Position numbers and translations under genes: made by a program
Assembly: GCA_039028615.1 (NCBI GenBank)
Contig: JBCCHT010000040.1
Span: 1-64,000, forward strand
Source: Myxococcota bacterium
GTDB lineage: Bacteria > Myxococcota_A > Polyangia > Nannocystales > Nannocystaceae
Length of the DNA: 64,000 nucleotides
Direction: 5' to 3'
In this document: piece by piece, positions 62,047 to 64,000 of the stretch
Layout of the letters: each line of letters starts with the position of its first letter
Position numbering within the stretch: the stretch's first letter is position 1
Notes under the pieces: generated by a model
The model's input: the letters and a program-made list of their open reading frames with translations, nothing else
What the model was told of the DNA's origin: nothing
The model's database searches: none

Positions 62047-63461
62047 AGACCGTCGAGCGAGCTGCCTACGGTGACTTCCAGACCCCGCTGAGCTTGGCGC
62101 GGCAGGTCTGTGCGCAGCTGGCCGCCGCGGGGCACGAGCCGAAGACGGTGGTCGAGCCCACCTGTGGTGTGGGGGCGTTCCTGTTGGCGGCGGCGGAGTC
62201 GTTCCCGTCTGCGCAGCGGTGGGGGCAAGACATCAACCCCGACTACGTGGCGCAGGCCCGGGCCTCGCTTTTGTCGGCGGGCCACGAGGCGACGATCGAA
62301 CGCGGCGATTTTTTCCAGACCGACTGGGCGCAACGGCTCGCGGAGTGGTCGGATCCGGTGCTGGTGCTCGGCAACCCGCCATGGGTCACCAGTGCGGACC
62401 TCGGGGGCCTCGGCGTCGACAACCTCCCGGCCAAGACCAACGCTCAGGGGCTGGCTGGGCTCGCGGCGAAGACGGGCAAGGCCAACTTCGACATCTCGGA
62501 GTGGATGCTGACGCAATGGCTCGAGCTGGGGCAGTCGCGGCCCCTCGACGTGGCGATGCTGGTGAAGACCGCGGTGGCGCGTCGCGTGCTCGAGTCGGCG
62601 CATCGCCGAGGCCTGTCCCTGCACGGGGCCACGCTGCACCGGATCGACGCGCGGGCCAGCTTCGGCGCCGCTGTCGATGCCGGGCTCTTTCGCTTCTCCA
62701 CCGCGCGGTCCGCCTCGATCGCGTGTCCGGTCTTCGCCGAGCTGGACACGACCCAGCCCGAGGCCGAGCTGGCCATCCGAGACGGACGCCTGATCGCCGA
62801 CGCTCACGCCTACGACCAGGCCCAACCCGTGCTAGGGCAGGCCGATCCTCCCTGGCGCTCGGGCATCAAGCACGATTGCTCGCGGGTCATGGAGCTGCGG
62901 CGCGAGGGCGAGGGGCTCGTCAACGGTACGGGCCAGGGAGTCGAGATCGAGGCCGAGCACTGCTTCCCGCTGCTCAAGAGCTCCGATCTCCGGGGCGAGG
63001 ACGACCCGCCCGTGCGGCGCTGGCTCGTGCTCCCCCAGCTTCGGTTCGGCGAGGACACGGCCACCCTGGCCGAGCGGGCGCCCCAGACCTGGCAGTACCT
63101 GCTCGAGCACGGCGACGCGCTCGACGGACGGCGCAGCTCCATCTATCGCAACCAGCCTCGCTTCGCGGTCTTCGGCCTCGGCCCCTACTCGTTCAAGCGC
63201 TGGAAGATCGCGATCTCCGGCCTCGTCAAGCGCTCCGCCTTCACCCTGGTCGGCCCCCGCGAGGACCAACCGGTCATGCTCGACGACACCTGCTACTTCA
63301 TCGGCTTCGACGAAGAGGCGCAGGCCCGCGACGCCCTGGCGCGGCTACGCTCGGCGCCGGCTCAGGCCGTGCTGCGAGCCCTGGTCTTCCGGGACGCCAA
63401 GCGACCGGTGACCAAGGACGTGCTCGACCGCATCGACCTGGCCAAGATCACGGAATATTGA
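62043..63461 (+). CDS. Amino (N6-adenine-type) DNA methyltransferase, gamma-class arrangement
   Basis: YGDFQTP (motif X), VEPTCGVGAF (motif I), GNPPW (motif IV) and a C-terminal target-recognition region. Confidence 0.85.
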   Translation: MKTVERAAYGDFQTPLSLARQVCAQLAAAGHEPKTVVEPTCGVGAFLLAAAESFPSAQRWGQDINPDYVAQARASLLSAGHEATIERGDFFQTDWAQRLAEWSDPVLVLGNPPWVTSADLGGLGVDNLPAKTNAQGLAGLAAKTGKANFDISEWMLTQWLELGQSRPLDVAMLVKTAVARRVLESAHRRGLSLHGATLHRIDARASFGAAVDAGLFRFSTARSASIACPVFAELDTTQPEAELAIRDGRLIADAHAYDQAQPVLGQADPPWRSGIKHDCSRVMELRREGEGLVNGTGQGVEIEAEHCFPLLKSSDLRGEDDPPVRRWLVLPQLRFGEDTATLAERAPQTWQYLLEHGDALDGRRSSIYRNQPRFAVFGLGPYSFKRWKIAISGLVKRSAFTLVGPREDQPVMLDDTCYFIGFDEEAQARDALARLRSAPAQAVLRALVFRDAKRPVTKDVLDRIDLAKITEY

Positions 63462-64000
63462 CGTAGATGCACGACGAGGGGCACTCGTCGTCGTCGAAGA
63501 AGTTGCCGTCGTCGCAATCTTCGTAGTCCTTCTGGATGATGCCGTCGCCGCAGTACTCCCCGAGCACACAGCCGGCATCGCACTCGCCGTAGCCGCCGTC
63601 GTTGTCCCCGTCGTCGCACTGCTCGCCCAGCGACACGATGCCGTCGCCGCAGATCGGCAGGCACTCGCTCCGCGAGGTGTCGAAGCCCGACAGCGTCAAT
63701 CGGAACGACGAGCCCTCTCGCATGCGCTCGGCGTGGAACACGTTGACGCGATAGGCCTCGCCGTGCACGAGCCCGTAGGTCCCCGCCACCGCGGGCCCGA
63801 TGGTGACCGAGCCGTCGATCGGCACGTGGATCCCGCCCAGATCGACGGCCAGCGTGCCGTTGACGAACACCCACACGTCGTCATCCCCGGTGAAGTCGAG
63901 GGTCGCCGGGTTGTTCTCGTCGTAGATGAACCAGTAGACGATCTCGCTGGTGAAGTGGAAGTTGTGGGTGACGTTGTTGCCCAGCACCTGGCTCTCGAGC
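63448..64000 (-). CDS. Fibro-slime (PA14-like) domain protein with myxobacterial Cys-rich repeats; 3' part only
   Basis: HNFHFTSE, FTGDDDVWVFVNG.LAVDLGGIH, FHAER and CGDG...EQCDDG repeats. The ORF runs off the window edge. Confidence 0.92.
   Translation of the reverse strand, partial: LESQVLGNNVTHNFHFTSEIVYWFIYDENNPATLDFTGDDDVWVFVNGTLAVDLGGIHVPIDGSVTIGPAVAGTYGLVHGEAYRVNVFHAERMREGSSFRLTLSGFDTSRSECLPICGDGIVSLGEQCDDGDNDGGYGECDAGCVLGEYCGDGIIQKDYEDCDDGNFFDDDECPSSCIYVNIP

Overview
This is very GC-rich (~70%) chromosomal DNA from a myxobacterium, probably Nannocystaceae-like. The clues are a MYXO-CTERM protein, fibro-slime/Cys-rich repeats, a PEGA protein, four Ser/Thr kinases, many lipoproteins and steroid-type enzymes. 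About 45 credible CDS are present, including tdk, mltG and ruvX/yqgF. No rRNA, tRNA, CRISPR array or transposase was recognised. Main highlights: (1) A four-gene module at 3509-8339 encodes an ECF sigma, a membrane anti-sigma-like protein, a membrane-anchored TPR-CHAT (caspase-like) protease and a small lipoprotein. It carries three copies of a GTCA-N18-CGTA ECF-type promoter motif, suggesting a protease-triggered signalling circuit. (2) A ~232-bp structured dispersed repeat occurs in four near-full copies, always pointing into the 3' end of a neighbouring gene, with a strong strand-specific codon/base-composition halo in the flanking genes. (3) An MlaF-MlaE fusion is paired with a BPI/TULIP-like protein instead of an MCE protein. 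(4) A sigma70 promoter, Fur-like box and intrinsic terminator define a ~90-nt candidate iron-regulated sRNA or attenuator ahead of a CxxC protein/DUF3501 operon. (5) A second ECF is paired with a TPR receptor kinase and a translationally coupled small 'DPxIxV' protein. All family assignments come from motif recognition by eye, not from database searches.
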